Part shown: positions 35,837 to 37,700 of the stretch, one piece after another
Layout: the number at the start of each line of letters is the position of its first letter
Position numbering within the stretch: the first letter of the stretch is position 1
Assembly: GCA_040437565.1 (NCBI GenBank)
Contig: JBDOQK010000059.1
Span: forward strand, 186,001 to 223,700
Source: Albugo candida
Lineage: Eukaryota
Length of the DNA stretch: 37,700 bases
Reading direction: 5' to 3'
Notes under the pieces: model-generated
What the model was told of the DNA's origin: nothing
Databases searched by the model: none
The model's input: the letters and a program-made list of their open reading frames with translations, nothing else
Made by a program: the position numbers and the translations under genes

Positions 35837-37700
35837 CGTCGGAATCACATGCGCCGTACTCTACAATTCAACGATCGTGAGCTCCTGCACGTTTTGGCAA
35901 CATTATAATCAAAAGTTTCTCGCAGTCGACGTTTTACGAGCTACTAAAGAGGCCAACATCGCGTGTGTATCGTATTTCACAAGGCACATGTCGGATTCAA
36001 AAGTTTCCTAGCAGCATAGAAAAGCCACCGTATATTGTCCGTCTAGGTTTCCCGGGAAGAGATCAAGATACTCTCCAACTGCAACATGAACGATCAATTT
36101 GATTTCGTGAGTATGTGGGCAGTCGCGTCATCGTCTGGGGAAGTATTGAGAGCTTTAGGGGAATGAGTCTTTCATACTAGCCATATCCCCAAGTGCGTAT
36201 TCAGATATTTAAACCTCGGTTACCCGATGTCGTGTCCTTAATATAGAATATGCGCCCACGCGCTGTAAAAGTGTCTCACACATGCACAAATACACGTAAA
36301 AATGCAATGTATGATACCAACATTATGGGATAGCGAGCTAGTGCATTATCCTAAATATTAGACGATATATCCTTTTCCATCGATTCTATATTTTAGATCC
36401 GAAGCATGCGCCAGTCACCGCAAACGAAAGCCGCACCGGCTGATGCCTGAATAAGTGTCAGCGTTTCGAGACCACTTTCATTGATGGAATGATATCATTC
36501 TGATTATGTAATGCGCAGTCAAATGTCGTATAATTCACTCAGAAGATCGGAACGAATGTGATCATTTTGAGTATCCACGTTGTTTCGTCGTGCGACAGTG
36601 ATATATCGTGATCAATCAGGACGTTATTTTTGATCTGTGACCGGGGTAATATCTCTAAGATTTCATCAGCTCCGCCCAACAGTCGAGAAGTCATATAATG
36701 TATTTATGAAGCAGCGGTAATCAATGTTTTGATCACTAGAATTCTGCATATCAATTAAGATCTGCAATATGCGTACATCGTCATTGCTTTCGTATAGGCT
36801 GGAGGTTCTGAGCGATTCTGCAAAGGAGAACATCTATTTTTTACCTCGATGGTAGTTTTATATGATATTGACTGCCTCAGATTTAGGAAATAAATCGGAT
36901 CCACTTGATATTTCTGGAATATATGCAGGACTGATAGATAACTATTCGGTCTCCAGGGATGAAAAAGTAGAAGAGCAACACCATGAGACCGCGGAATACT
37001 TGAAGGCCACATATTTTTATGAAAGTCTCGTATCAGTTTGAACTTAGAGTCTACATGGTATAACTCGATGCAAAAAACTGTCGGACTTGTACTATCGTGC
37101 ATTAATACTAGCAATTTCATCGAAAGATGTCCAAACTATGCTTATATTAAGTAGCTAGAATGAAGCAGCTCAGAATGGGAGGTTTTCCCTGTATTTCGGA
37201 TTTGTTGGGCTTGCACCAAACTAGCGAGGCGCTACTCAAGTACTGCATGTTTCTTCTCACGGCATACGTTCAAATCCTGTTGGCACATGATAGAGGAGTC
37301 TGCGTTTGGCCTTAACAAAATTTGAATTCTTCATTTTGAAGGCTCCATGCCCATGAATTACCAATTCCACCTATTCAAATATAATTCACTACATTAGGAA
37401 AACTTTCCGCACTTTTTCCGGCTCAGTCGTAATGTATCTGATAATTATTCGCTTTTCTGAAAGGCAAACTCAAATAGGCATATCATACATGAGGCTTGAT
37501 GGTAGTGTATAGTAATAAGAGTGCAAGCTGAAAACCATTCTTTGCTTGGAAGCTAGAACAAACAATAAATGACTCTTAAGCCCTTCTCTTGCAGCATATC
37601 TTGTTGACTTGGCTGTAACAGAGCGCTCTTCATTATAAGTGTGGCATTTGTTGATGCACGCCTTTCCATTTACATACCCCAAAGAAAGATAAAAGGTAAT

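Noticed and set aside
36755..37180. hAT transposase-like fragments (VWTS, HVDSKFKL) on the minus strand
   Set aside because: Short matches in different frames, with no TIR or TSD found.

Overview
Eukaryotic genomic scaffold, most likely an oomycete. This is inferred from the short GT-AG introns, a stramenopile-type Myb-like domain, TCATTY initiator and CCAAT motifs, and oomycete-type retroelements; an AT-rich Albugo-like genome is plausible but unproven. The window has ten 100-N gaps, eight flanked by exact duplications that are assembly artefacts. The left part (4.4-11 kb) is a small gene island: a GT31-like glycosyltransferase, an SLC35A-type nucleotide-sugar transporter (shown twice because of an artefact) and a two-exon RING-H2 + Myb-like regulator. 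The right part (13.4-34.6 kb) is a nest of decayed transposons whose boundaries can mostly be reconstructed to the base. A Copia element (17685-32994, CCAAG TSD) has its 5' LTR split by an IS630/Tc1/mariner-type DNA transposon (17781-22586, TA TSD). That transposon carries a MULE (19202-20572, 9-bp TSD) inside a probable intron. A chromodomain Gypsy (23562-30741, GTTCC TSD) sits in the Copia protease. Alongside are a second intron-containing ITm-type element (14478-17578), a tRNA-headed SINE-like element and non-LTR relics. No prokaryote-style system (CRISPR etc.) is present. All alignments and identities were done by eye.
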